Source: an uncultured Gemmataceae bacterium
GTDB lineage: Bacteria > Planctomycetota > Planctomycetia > Gemmatales > Gemmataceae
Direction of reading: 5' to 3'
Length of the DNA stretch: 64,000 bases
Assembly: GCA_963750165.1 (NCBI GenBank)
Contig: CAVVPN010000001.1
Coordinates: 384,001-448,000, forward strand
A model generated the notes under the pieces. It saw only the letters and a program-made list of their open reading frames with translations, did no database searches and was not told the DNA's origin. Below, piece after piece: positions 17,587 to 27,389 of this stretch. The position numbers and the translations under genes are program-made. How positions within the stretch are numbered: the stretch's first letter is position 1; each line of letters begins with the position of its first letter.

Positions 17587-20087
17587 TCAAGGCCCATCCC
17601 GCCGCGGCCGGCGCCGCAGGACGCCGGCCGCGGTGTCGGTCAGGTCGGCGCCCGGCGCCCCCGCCGCCCAGGCGCGCAGCACTTCCCGCGCGGCGTCCGT
17701 GTCCGCCAGCTCCAGCGCCAGCACCGCCCGAGTGACGCGCAGTTCGGTGGCGGTCGGCTTGTGCGCCAGGGCGTCGAGCAACTGCCGCGCCCGCCGTTGC
17801 GCTTCCACGGACGGCGGTTTCTTCCACAATTTTTCCAGTGCCGGCCGTGCCAGTTCGCCGGCCGCGGCCAACTCCTTCGCGGCGGCCGTGCGCACCTTCA
17901 CCGCCGGATCATGCAGGCCGGCGACCCACTGCTTCAGTTTGCCCGCCGGCAGTGGCGCGACCGGCGGCAGCTGCTTCCGCAAGAACTCCGCCGCACCCGG
18001 GGCCTCGCTCAGCGCCAGACAGCGCGGAACGCCTTGCCGGCATCGCTCCCGGCCAGATCCGCCCACAGAACGGCGAGGTCTCCCCTGGGAACGGTTGGCG
18101 GCCGCAGCGACCACAAAAACGCCTGGCCGTCCGCGCCGCCGGTGAGCAGCGTGCGACCGTCCGGACTGAACGCCAGGCTGGTCGCCGACACCGCGTGCCC
18201 CGACAGCCGTAACAATTCCTTGCCGGCGCTGGGATCCCAAAGCTTCACGTCACCGTCGCTGGTGGCGACTGCCAACCACTGCCCGCCGGGCGAAAATTCC
18301 AGCAACTGCACGCCGTTGACAAAGAACACCTGCCCCGCGCCGTTTTCGGGATCGTATCCCCGAGCGGCCCGAAACCATTCCCAGCGCCGGCCAGTGTCGG
18401 CGTCAAACAGCGCCACCATGTTCTGGATCTCCGCGGCCAGGAGCCGCCGATCCGGGGACCACGCCAGGGCCGCGACGCTTATCAGTCGATCGGGGTAATT
18501 CAGGCCGAACCGCAGCTTGTGGACGGTCTTGCCGGTGAGGGGGTCGAGCACCTCCACGGACGGCCCCAGGCGCGCGACCGCCAGGCCGTCCGCGCCGAAC
18601 GCGCCCTGGACGAGGAAGGGTGGGCTCTGCGGAAAACTCCGCTGCCAGCGCACCTTGCCGGTGTCGGGGTGCAGAGCGTGGATACCGTGCATGTGGTTGA
18701 CCAGGAGAGACCGTCCGTCCGGGCTGAACCCCGAGCCGTGGCCGGTTGTGAAGTTCCGCCAGTGCAGCTCCGAGGAAGCCGCGGGCATCGGGTCGCCAGC
18801 GTCCAGGAGCCGTTCCTTGCTGGTGGCCACGTCCCACACCTGCACGCGGCGGTGGTGGACGCCAGCCAGGGTTTTGCCGTCCGGGGAGAACGACAACCGA
18901 CCCGCGAACGGCCCGGCGCGGCGCAGCGTCCGCAGCAGCCTGCCGTCGGCGCTCCACAGGTCGAGTCGGCCGCGCTCATCGCCGATGGCGACTCGCCGGC
19001 CGTCCGGGGACAGCGCCGCGGCGAGCACGCCATGGTAACCCGGCGGCTCCGCCAGTTGCTTGCCAGTCTGCGCGTCCCAGCGGCGGAGCAGGCCGTCGCG
19101 GGCCGTCGAGAGCAGCGTCTTGCCGTCCGCCAGCCGGTGCAGGTTGACGGGCCGGCCGGTGTGACCGCGCAGGGCCGGCAGTTCCTTGCCGGTGGCCGCG
19201 TCCCAGCGCAGGATGAAATCCCTGTCGCTGGCCAGGAACAGCGTGCGGCCGTCCTCCGTGAAGCCGACGCGATGGTCTCCGATGCTCGGCCCCTTGCGGG
19301 CTTCCTCCGGGATCGGCAGCGTTCGCCGGAGCTTACCGCCAGCGACTTCGCGCAGCTGGATTTCCTTGCCGTCGTGGACCAGGGCCAGCGTCTTGCCGTC
19401 CGGCGCGAACGCCGCCAGCACAGCACCGGCATTGAGCAGGTACGGGGGGATGGTCGTGGCCGTCCGGAACAACTCCTTGCCGGCGGCGTCGCGCAGGCTC
19501 ACCACCTGCCCGGCGTCGAGGGTGACGGCAGTGCGGGCGTCCGGCGACAGCAGCAGCACGCGGCCGCCGGCGTTGCCGAAGCGCGTGGTGTTGCCGAGCC
19601 GCACGTCCCAGAACGTCAGCCGCTTGGCGCCGCCCCAGAAGAACTCCTTGCCGTCGGGAGTGAACCGGGCGCAGCCGATGCTCCGGTCGCCGTTGCCCTC
19701 CAGGCGTGCCTGCTCCACACCCGTGTGCATGTCCCAGAGGATGGCCAGTCGGAAACTTCGGGCCAGCCCCAGATAGTGGCTGTCGGGGGACCATGCCAGG
19801 ACCGGCGTCCAGAAGTGCGATGTGAAGGGCAGTGGAAACCGTGCCAGGCGGCGGCCGCTGGCGGCGTCCCAGACGGCGACCGAGCGCTCCGAGACGGTGG
19901 CCAACCGCTTACCGTCCGGCGCCAGCGTCGAGTTGTAGATGGCGGCATCATGGCGGCCGCGTGTGTCGCCGAAGCGCATCAGCGCCCCCGGCGGCAGCGG
20001 GTCGTCGTCGGGCTGGGCCGACAGGCGGCCGGCGGTGGTACTCGTGAGGATGACAGCGAGCAGGCCGGAACAGGTCAGCCGGTGCAT
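17587..20087 (-). CDS. Secreted WD40-repeat protein with helical C-terminus (frameshift near 18030)
   Basis: DPLPPGALMRFG start, repeated FSPDG..WD units, C-terminal RAVLALELA..AREVL. Confidence 0.88.
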
Positions 20088-20225
20088 GGCGCAGACTCCC
20101 GAAGACCGGACGGGACAGCCAAGGCCCCCAGCCTATCCGCGGCCGACGGCGGATGCAAGGCGCCCGGGCGACACTCCAGGGCCAGCACCCCGCAGCGGGT
20201 GTGCCGCTACATTTTGGCATTTTCA

Positions 20226-20293
20226 GGCGAGCGGCGCGGCGTCAGCCCGCCGGTGACACACAGCACCGGCGGGCTGACGCCGCGCCGCTCGCC
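20226..20293. repeat. REP-like palindrome (GGCGAGCGGCGCGGCGT family)
   Basis: GGCGAGCGGCGCGGCGTCAGCCCGCCGGTG ... CACCGGCGGGCTGACGCCGCGCCGCTCGCC; second copy at 23972. Confidence 0.85.
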
Positions 20294-20485
20294 AAAATCC
20301 AGCGGCACACCCCCCCGCAGCTTCTTCTCTTGCGTCCATCCCGAGGGACGGTATAAGCGGCAGACGTCGCACTGCTTCCCGGTGCGGCCCGGGGTGAGGA
20401 CGGCGGCGCGCCAGGGCGGCTGGATTGCCGGCCAGGCGGTGACCGATGAGTAAGACAGGTTTCGTTGCGTTTCGGGAGGACGGAC

Positions 20486-21592
20486 ATGCGTTCTCTGCTA
20501 GTGCTTGCTGCTCTGCTGCTCTGCTTTGTCCTGACCCCGCTGCCGGCCACCCACGCGCAAACGCCGCCCGCGCCGCCGACGCCCGAGGCGCAGGTGCTGA
20601 CCGTCGTGGCGGGCGAAACGATGGTACGCAGTGGCCCGACGGACACTTATTATGCCACCGCGAAGCTCCGTTTTGGCGACACGGTGGCGGTGCTGGGTCC
20701 GGCCAAGGAGGATCCCAACTGGTTGAGGATTCGCCCGCCGCTGGGGTCGTTCAGCTGGATCAACGAGCGCTTCGTGGCGGAGATCGGCAAAAGTGCGACC
20801 TTCCCCAAGTCCGGCGTGGTGCTGTGTGCGGACGACAACGCAGAAGTGCCCGTGTTGGCCGGCAGCACGGAAGTCAACCAGGAGCCCAGTAATATCGCGG
20901 CCAAGGTCAAGCGTGGGACGCAGGTGACCATCATCGGCAGTTCACGGCTGACGGACAAGGGTCCGCTGGTGCCGATCTACCCGACCACCCTGGAGGTGCG
21001 CTACATTCGGGCGAGCGATGCGCGCAAGGTGGAATTCCCGACCGCGGCCCCGGACCCGAAGGCGAAGGAAGCGCAGGACAAGATCACCCAGGCCGAGCAG
21101 CACGTCCGCGACGCCCGCAAGCACCTGGAAGACGCCTTCAACGCCACCACGGACCCGGCACAGCGGCAGGACATCAAACAGAAACTGGCCCTGCTGCCGG
21201 TGGTGCCCCCGGCCGCGAACGCCCCGGTCGCGGCCCCGGCAAGCCCGACTCAGGCCGGCTCGATCTATCACACGACCGCACAGGTTGGCGGCACGAACCC
21301 GGTGCTGAACGCCAACCTGACCGCGGCCGTCAAGCCTGCCGCGGCGGAGTGGAGCAAGTGGGGCTACCTGCGCAAGGCGAGCCTCCAGATGGGCGGCCAG
21401 CAGTTATACGTGTTGACCACGCAACAGGGCGACGCCCTGGAGTACGCCGTGGCGGCGGACCCGAGCAAGACCCTGGAGTATCACGTCGGCAACGGTCAGG
21501 TCACCCTGTACGGGACCGCCACCTACCGCAGCGAGGTGGTCCGCGGCCTGCTGGTCCGCACCGTGACGCACGTCGGCATTCCACCCAAGTAG
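20486..21592 (+). CDS. Secreted protein with SH3b-like N-terminal domains
   Basis: Signal peptide; VRSGP..YYATAKL..GDTV..WLRIRPP..SWI. Confidence 0.75.
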   Translation: MRSLLVLAALLLCFVLTPLPATHAQTPPAPPTPEAQVLTVVAGETMVRSGPTDTYYATAKLRFGDTVAVLGPAKEDPNWLRIRPPLGSFSWINERFVAEIGKSATFPKSGVVLCADDNAEVPVLAGSTEVNQEPSNIAAKVKRGTQVTIIGSSRLTDKGPLVPIYPTTLEVRYIRASDARKVEFPTAAPDPKAKEAQDKITQAEQHVRDARKHLEDAFNATTDPAQRQDIKQKLALLPVVPPAANAPVAAPASPTQAGSIYHTTAQVGGTNPVLNANLTAAVKPAAAEWSKWGYLRKASLQMGGQQLYVLTTQQGDALEYAVAADPSKTLEYHVGNGQVTLYGTATYRSEVVRGLLVRTVTHVGIPPK

Positions 21593-21660
21593 TCAATAGT
21601 TCAAAGAGTTGGAGCGCCGGGCGATTATCGCCCGGCGCTCCAACTCTTTGAACTATTGAC
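21592..21660. terminator. Long near-perfect hairpin between convergent genes
   Basis: GTCAATAGTTCAAAGAGTTGGAGCGCCGGGCGAT-T-ATCGCCCGGCGCTCCAACTCTTTGAACTATTGAC. Confidence 0.75.
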
Positions 21661-21666
21661 CATTGA

Positions 21667-23481
21667 CTAATGGTTCAAGATGAACTCATTGCTGTTGAGC
21701 AGGGCCCAGAAGAGGTCCTGATAGAAGCCGATGTAGAAGTTGCGGTCGAACTGGGTGTACGGCTGGCTCGGTCGCAGGGCCATGCGCCGCGGGTCCAGCA
21801 TGCGCTCGTACTCCTTCTCGGTTGGCGGCCGGTTCAGCGCGGCCAGGAACAGGTCGCGCATCGCCAGCTTCATGCCCGTCATCCCCTTGCCGGAGTGTCT
21901 CTTGATGACCTGGGCGGCGATGCCGTGTTCCTTGTCCATGATCGCCGTGTTGATGTCCTGCCCGTTCATCATTAGCAGCGCCTGCACCACCGTGCCGTTG
22001 AAGGTGCCCTCACTGCCCTCGTCGTCGCCGAAGTTGACGACCAGCTTCGTCAGCCAGGTTTCGCGCAGATTTTGCTTCTTTTCCTTGGTCTGCCCCACCT
22101 TGGCCTCGGTGGCGATCATCAGGGACTCGAACAACTGCTCCGGCGACAGCGCCTTCAGCAGCATCCGGCTGAAGAACTTCTCGTCCTCCTGCTTGTCGTT
22201 GGTCTCGTTGGCGACGCTGCTCAGACCGTAGGCCCGGTTGTTGCAGATCCAGCGCACCAGGCTGCGGATGTCGTACTTGTATTTGGTCGCCCACGTCTGC
22301 GCCAGGTTGTCCAGCAGTTCGGGGTGCGACGGCGGACTGTGTTCGCCGAAGTCGTCCGGGTCCTTGGTGAACGCCCGGCCCATGAAGTGCGCCCACAGAC
22401 GGTTGACGAACGCCTTGGCGAAGTACGGGCTGCCCGTCACGAACTTGGCCAGCTCCTCGCGGCGGTTCCTGACGTTCTTGGGCAGCTTGGTGCCGTCCAG
22501 GAATTTCGCCCGGGTGAACAGCCGCGTGCCGTTGCGCCGCTCGTAGCCGACAATGCCGTCCTTGTTGAAGTTCGGATTGTCCACCAACTCGTGCTGGCCC
22601 AGGCCCATCATGCCCTTCTTCTTCTTCTTGACCATGATCGTCGGCCGGCCGCTGGGCGCGTCCACCTGGCGGAAGAAGGCGTTCATGCTCCAGAAGTGCT
22701 CCTGCTTCCAATCGTCGTTGAACGGGTGGTCGTGGCACTGGGTACACTGCGTCCGCAGACCGAGGAACAGCCGGGTGGTGCGCGACGTGACCGGGACCAT
22801 CTCGAAGCGGCCGTTTTCGTCGCGCTTCTCCTTGATCTCCTCGCCGAGGTGGGCCAGGATGAAGTTGACGGCGCCGTTCTCATTGGTACGGCCGGTGGCG
22901 GCCAGGATTTGGTGCGTGATCTTGTCCCAGCCGGGCGCGTCGTCGCCCTTCTTGTCGAACTGCTCCTCCAGCCACAGATGCATCTGCTCGTGGTAGAGCT
23001 TGCCGCCGGTGCGTGTCAGCAGCAGGTTCGTCCAGAGGTTGGCGAAGTGGCTCGCGAACTCCGACGAATTGAGCAGCCGTTCGATGAGCAATCCGCGCCG
23101 CTTGGCGGGCGGGTCCGCCATGAAGGTTTCAATCTCCTTGACCTTGGCGATGCGGCCGATCAGATCGAGCGAGGCGCGACGGATGAACTCGTAGTCGGAG
23201 CAGCGCGCGGCGGGGCGGATTTTGTTCTCCTTCCAGGCCTTTTCGATCTCGGTGTTGATCGAGTCGAGCACGTCGATGCCGCCGAAGTTATCGACGAGCT
23301 GATCCTTGACGACCTGGGGCGCGGCGACTGCTGTTTTGCCACCGTTGGGGTTCGGTTTGCCCTTGTCCTTTTGGGCCTGGGCCAGGTCGCCTGAGAGGCC
23401 GGACAGCGCCAGGGCCCCCAGCAGCAACCCGGCGAGGGCCACGCCGCGGCGGACGAGGCAACCACAAGACGATGTGGTCAT
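21667..23481 (-). CDS. DUF1549/DUF1553 planctomycete cytochrome c-like protein
   Basis: EFIRRASLDLIGR, CTQCHDHPF (CxxCH), VNRLWAHFMGR, PSHPELL and WALLNSNEFILNH. Confidence 0.92.
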   Translation of the reverse strand: MTTSSCGCLVRRGVALAGLLLGALALSGLSGDLAQAQKDKGKPNPNGGKTAVAAPQVVKDQLVDNFGGIDVLDSINTEIEKAWKENKIRPAARCSDYEFIRRASLDLIGRIAKVKEIETFMADPPAKRRGLLIERLLNSSEFASHFANLWTNLLLTRTGGKLYHEQMHLWLEEQFDKKGDDAPGWDKITHQILAATGRTNENGAVNFILAHLGEEIKEKRDENGRFEMVPVTSRTTRLFLGLRTQCTQCHDHPFNDDWKQEHFWSMNAFFRQVDAPSGRPTIMVKKKKKGMMGLGQHELVDNPNFNKDGIVGYERRNGTRLFTRAKFLDGTKLPKNVRNRREELAKFVTGSPYFAKAFVNRLWAHFMGRAFTKDPDDFGEHSPPSHPELLDNLAQTWATKYKYDIRSLVRWICNNRAYGLSSVANETNDKQEDEKFFSRMLLKALSPEQLFESLMIATEAKVGQTKEKKQNLRETWLTKLVVNFGDDEGSEGTFNGTVVQALLMMNGQDINTAIMDKEHGIAAQVIKRHSGKGMTGMKLAMRDLFLAALNRPPTEKEYERMLDPRRMALRPSQPYTQFDRNFYIGFYQDLFWALLNSNEFILNH

Positions 23482-23632
23482 GGTTTCGCTCTCCCTGTGA
23501 TGGGCCGCCTACTTCGGCCGAGAATTTGCTTTACCGTATCCTAATGGAAGATGTCCAGGCACACAACAGTACGTCGGTTTTGACGAGGCGTCGGCGGATT
23601 TGGTTCCCGAACCGGCGCGGGAGGAGGCAGCG

Positions 23633-23992
23633 ATGTTGGACTTCGACGCGGGGCGGGTGGCGAAGAATGCCCAAGAGGCGCCCACCGAGGACTTGCTGGA
23701 TCGGGTGACGGTGTATCGCGGCAACCTGGAGCCGGAGGCCGTGGGCATCATCGAAGAGGAACTGCGGCAGCGCGGCGTCAGTGCCGCGGACGTGGCAGCG
23801 CACGCGGAGCGCCGCCAGGGCGACGGGCTGACGACGCCGGCGGGGCAGGTGCTCAGTTGCAGTTTCTGTCGTCAGCCGGCGGTGGCGGAGCGCTGGGGCT
23901 GGCACCGGCTCTGGGGCGTGCTACCACTGTTCCCGCGGCGCTACCGGTTGTGCCGGGAGCATTTGGGGAGTCCGGCGAGCGGCGCGGCGTGA
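23633..23992 (+). CDS. Hypothetical protein with Cys motifs
   Basis: GGAGG RBS; CSFC...CREH may bind zinc. Confidence 0.7.
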   Translation: MLDFDAGRVAKNAQEAPTEDLLDRVTVYRGNLEPEAVGIIEEELRQRGVSAADVAAHAERRQGDGLTTPAGQVLSCSFCRQPAVAERWGWHRLWGVLPLFPRRYRLCREHLGSPASGAA

Positions 23993-24047
23993 GCCCGCCG
24001 GTCGTGGCGGTCGCTCACCGGCGGCCTCACGCCGCGCCGCTCGCCGG
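23972..24047. repeat. REP-like palindrome, same family as 20226
   Basis: CCGGCGAGCGGCGCGGCGTGAG ... CTCACGCCGCGCCGCTCGCCGG. Confidence 0.8.
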
Positions 24048-24105
24048 GCTCATCTGGTGCGGCAGCTGCTAGAATACACGCATCGGGCCCCGGAGGAGCG
24101 CGCGC

Positions 24106-25398
24106 ATGAAGCTGCTGGTCGTCGGCAAGGGTGGGCGGGAGCACGCCCTGGTGTGGAAACTGGCGCAGTCGCCGCGCGTCGAGCGCGTCTTCTGCGCGCC
24201 CGGCAACGCCGGCACCGCCGAGGACGGCGTCAACGTGGCCATTGAGGCGACCGACCTGGACGCTTTGGTGCGCTTCGCCAAAAAGGAGGCGATTGGGCTG
24301 ACGGTCATCGGCCCGGAGGATCCACTGGCGCTGGGTGCCGTGGACGCCTTCCAGAAGGCGGGCCTGCGCGTCTTCGGCCCGTCGCGGGCGGCGGCCCAGC
24401 TGGAGGCGAGCAAGGCGTTCGCCAAGAAGCTGATGCGCCACGCCGACGTGCCGACTGCGGACTTCCGCATCTGCGACCACCCCGAGCACGCGCGCCAGTA
24501 CATCGAGGCCCGTGAATATCCCGTCGTTGTCAAGGCGGACGGCCTGGCCGCCGGCAAGGGCGTCATCGTCTGCTCGACCACCGCGGAGGCGCTGGCCGCT
24601 GTGGAGCGCATCATGGTGCGCGAGGAGTTCGGCCGCGCCGCCGGGCGGCAAGTGGTCATCGAAAAGCGCCTGGAGGGTGAGGAACTGAGTCTGATGGCAC
24701 TGGTCGCGGGCCGCACCATCATTCCGCTGCAGCCGACGCAGGACCACAAGGCGGCGTTCGATGGTGACACCGGCCCGAACACCGGCGGCATGGGCGCTGA
24801 CTGTCCCGCGCCGCTTGCGACGCCGGAACTGCTCGACCGCGTGGACGCCGAGGTGTTCGTGCCGATTGTGCATGCCCTGAAGCGCAGCCGGCGGCCGTTC
24901 CGTGGCGTGCTCTACGCGGGGTTGATGGTCACGAGCAAGGGCCCATCGGTGCTGGAGTTCAACTGCCGCTTCGGCGACCCGGAGACGCAGCCGCTGCTCA
25001 TGCGCTTGCGCTCGGACCTGCTGGACTTGCTGGAGGCGGTGGTGGACGACCGCCTCGGCGAACTGGACGAGAATGCCGTGCAGTGGGACCCGCGGCCGGC
25101 GGTGTGCGTGGTGATGGCGAGCCAGGGCTACCCCGGCCCCTACAGCAAGGGCAAGATCATCTCAGGGTTGGCGGAGGCACCCCAGCTGCCGGATGTGAAG
25201 GTCTTCCACTCCGGCACGCGCGCGGACGGCCAACTGGTGCTGACCGATGGCGGCCGTGTGCTGGGAGTGACGGCGCTGGGCGCGACGCTGGCGGAGGCCA
25301 GGCGGAATGCGTACGCGGCGGTGGAACGCATTCATTTTCAGGGGGCGTTTTATCGGCGCGACATCGCGGACAAGGCGCTGCGGCCGCAGGGCGGGTGA
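24106..25398 (+). CDS. purD: Phosphoribosylamine--glycine ligase
   Basis: GGREHAL, APGNAG, KADGLAAGKGV, GPNTGGMG and EFNCRFGDPE. Confidence 0.97.
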   Translation: MKLLVVGKGGREHALVWKLAQSPRVERVFCAPGNAGTAEDGVNVAIEATDLDALVRFAKKEAIGLTVIGPEDPLALGAVDAFQKAGLRVFGPSRAAAQLEASKAFAKKLMRHADVPTADFRICDHPEHARQYIEAREYPVVVKADGLAAGKGVIVCSTTAEALAAVERIMVREEFGRAAGRQVVIEKRLEGEELSLMALVAGRTIIPLQPTQDHKAAFDGDTGPNTGGMGADCPAPLATPELLDRVDAEVFVPIVHALKRSRRPFRGVLYAGLMVTSKGPSVLEFNCRFGDPETQPLLMRLRSDLLDLLEAVVDDRLGELDENAVQWDPRPAVCVVMASQGYPGPYSKGKIISGLAEAPQLPDVKVFHSGTRADGQLVLTDGGRVLGVTALGATLAEARRNAYAAVERIHFQGAFYRRDIADKALRPQGG

Positions 25399-25666
25399 GA
25401 GCGGTTTTTCCGCTCCCTGGAGTTGCTCAGACCTGTGTGTATCTTTTTGATGGACCAACACCGAAGCGAGACAGCCGGAGTTGGTATTCCGTCCGTTGCA
25501 AGGCGGTAAAGTTCTTCTTGTCCGAAAGAACTAACTCAACCCCTCGGAGGGTGCTCACGATCTCATCAAGCACACTCCGGTCCTGATACAGATTTAATGA
25601 GAGTTGGGAACGCCACCAGAGCACGTACAACAAACCGACCCAGAGAAGCAGGAACAAAACAACTTA

Positions 25667-25765
25667 GGAGGCGCCGAACAACAACTTCGTAGGACGGCTC
25701 TCCAGAGCCGTCCCGACGGCTCTGGAGAGCCGTCCTACTCTTGGAAGTTGTTGTTCGGCGCCTCC
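25667..25765. mobile_element. Small MITE with TTA duplication carrying an internal GTAG-type REP doublet
   Basis: TTA|GGAGGCGCCGAACAACAACTTC ... GAAGTTGTTGTTCGGCGCCTCC|TTA; core GTAGGACGGCTCTCCAGAGCCGTC..GACGGCTCTGGAGAGCCGTCCTAC. Confidence 0.75.
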
Positions 25766-25774
25766 TTACCTGAA

Positions 25775-27284
25775 CTGTCGCACGCTTCCATGAACAGACG
25801 AACACCGATAGTGTCACGGGGCTGTCGCAGAAAGAGAGAGGGGTTCCTCCTAAGTTTGTGCATAGGTTCTCAAGCCATGCACTCGCCGGAAGGAGCCCCT
25901 CATGTGGCTGATGATAGCTTCTCTCCAGCCCATCGTCCAAGCCCTCGCCCCGGCCTTCACCCTGCCCTCGTTCCACACCCACTGCCAACTCGTGCTCGGC
26001 TGGGTGATGTGCCTGGGCCAGCACCGCCTCTGTCGCGTCGCCGACACCGCCCAACCCCAAGACTTGCGGGACCATTCCCGGCGCCACGGCCTGGACACCA
26101 CCTACAACTTCTTTGCGCACTCCGCCTGGACCGTGACCGGGTTGGCCTACCACGTCGCCGTCCTCATCCTGACGCGCCTCCACCTGGGCGGCACCATCAC
26201 GCTGTTGGTGGACGACACCCTGGCCCACAAGCGCGGCAAGCACGTCTGGGGCCTCGGCTGGTTCCGCGATGCCGTCGCCTCGACCCGCAAACGCACCGCC
26301 ACGGCCGCGGGGCACAACTGGGTGGTCGTCGCCGTCGCCGTCTGCCTGCCCTTCGCGAACGCCCCGATCCTGGCGTTGCCCTTGCTGGCCCGGTTGCACC
26401 GGCCCGGCCAGGCGCAGCCGTCCTGCCCACTGCTGGCGCGCGCGCTGCTCGCCGAAGTGCTGGCCTGGTTCCCCGGCCGGCGCTTTACCCTGGTGGCCGA
26501 CGGCGCTTACGCGGCCCAAGCGCTGCTGGCGGACCTGGACGAGCGCGTGACCTTCGTCGGCCGGTTGCGCGGCGACGCGGCCGTGTACGACCCGCGTCTG
26601 CCTCAGGCCAAGCCCGGCCGGCGCGGCCGCAAGGCGCAGAAGGGGCCGCGTCTGCCCAACCCCAAAGCAGCCGCCGCCAAGGCCGACCGTAAGCGCGTGG
26701 CCACCGGGGACTGGGTGTGGCAGGCGGTGACGGTGACCGTCTACGGGGAGCAGCGCGTCCTGCGGGCGTTCGCCTACCGGGCGGTGTGGCCGCGGGTGTT
26801 GGGGTTGCGGCCGGTGCAGGTGGTGGTGGTGCGCGACCCGGACGGGAAGTTGGACGATGCCTACCTGTTCACGACCGACGTGCGTGCGGACGTGGGGTGG
26901 GTGATTACGCAGTTCGCCTGGCGCTGGTCCATTGAGGTACTGTTCCGGGCGAGCAAACAGGTGCTGGACCTCGAGGCGCCACAACACTACAGTCGGGAAG
27001 CGGTGGAGAAGGTGGCGCCGTGGGTGTGGTCGTTGCAGAGCGTCGTGATGGTGTGGTATCTTACCGCCGGTCGGCAGTTGCCGGAGGCGGAGGAATTGCG
27101 CCAAGTGATGGGACCCTGGGAGAGTGAATGGTCGTTGCGTCATATGGTTGCCGTGTTGCGGCGGGCGACTTTGAACGCCCTAATTAAACCCAAGTCGGCC
27201 GATGCAACGGAACTCCTGAAACTCATCGAAGCGCTGAAAAACTGCGTAAATCTCGCGGTTTGAGCACTCGGAAAAGTGCGACTG
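25775..27284 (+). mobile_element. IS701/IS4-like insertion sequence; transposase 25902..27263
   Basis: VDDT, VADGAY and RWSIEVLFRASKQ motifs; imperfect TIRs CTGTCGCACGCTTCC / GGAAAAGTGCGACTG. Confidence 0.88.
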
Positions 27285-27389
27285 CCAAGTTACACGACAA
27301 TTTGAGTATTGAGCGATTCAATGAACGCAACCGCGATGCCAATTAGAGTGAAGATAAGCGGCAGACTGAATCCGATGACCTCGACGGCG

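Noticed and set aside
25427..25657. AT-richer ORF fragment next to purD, and a hydrophobic fragment near 27290-27385
   Set aside because: Possibly remnants of a membrane-protein gene broken by the MITE and IS, but too short to call.
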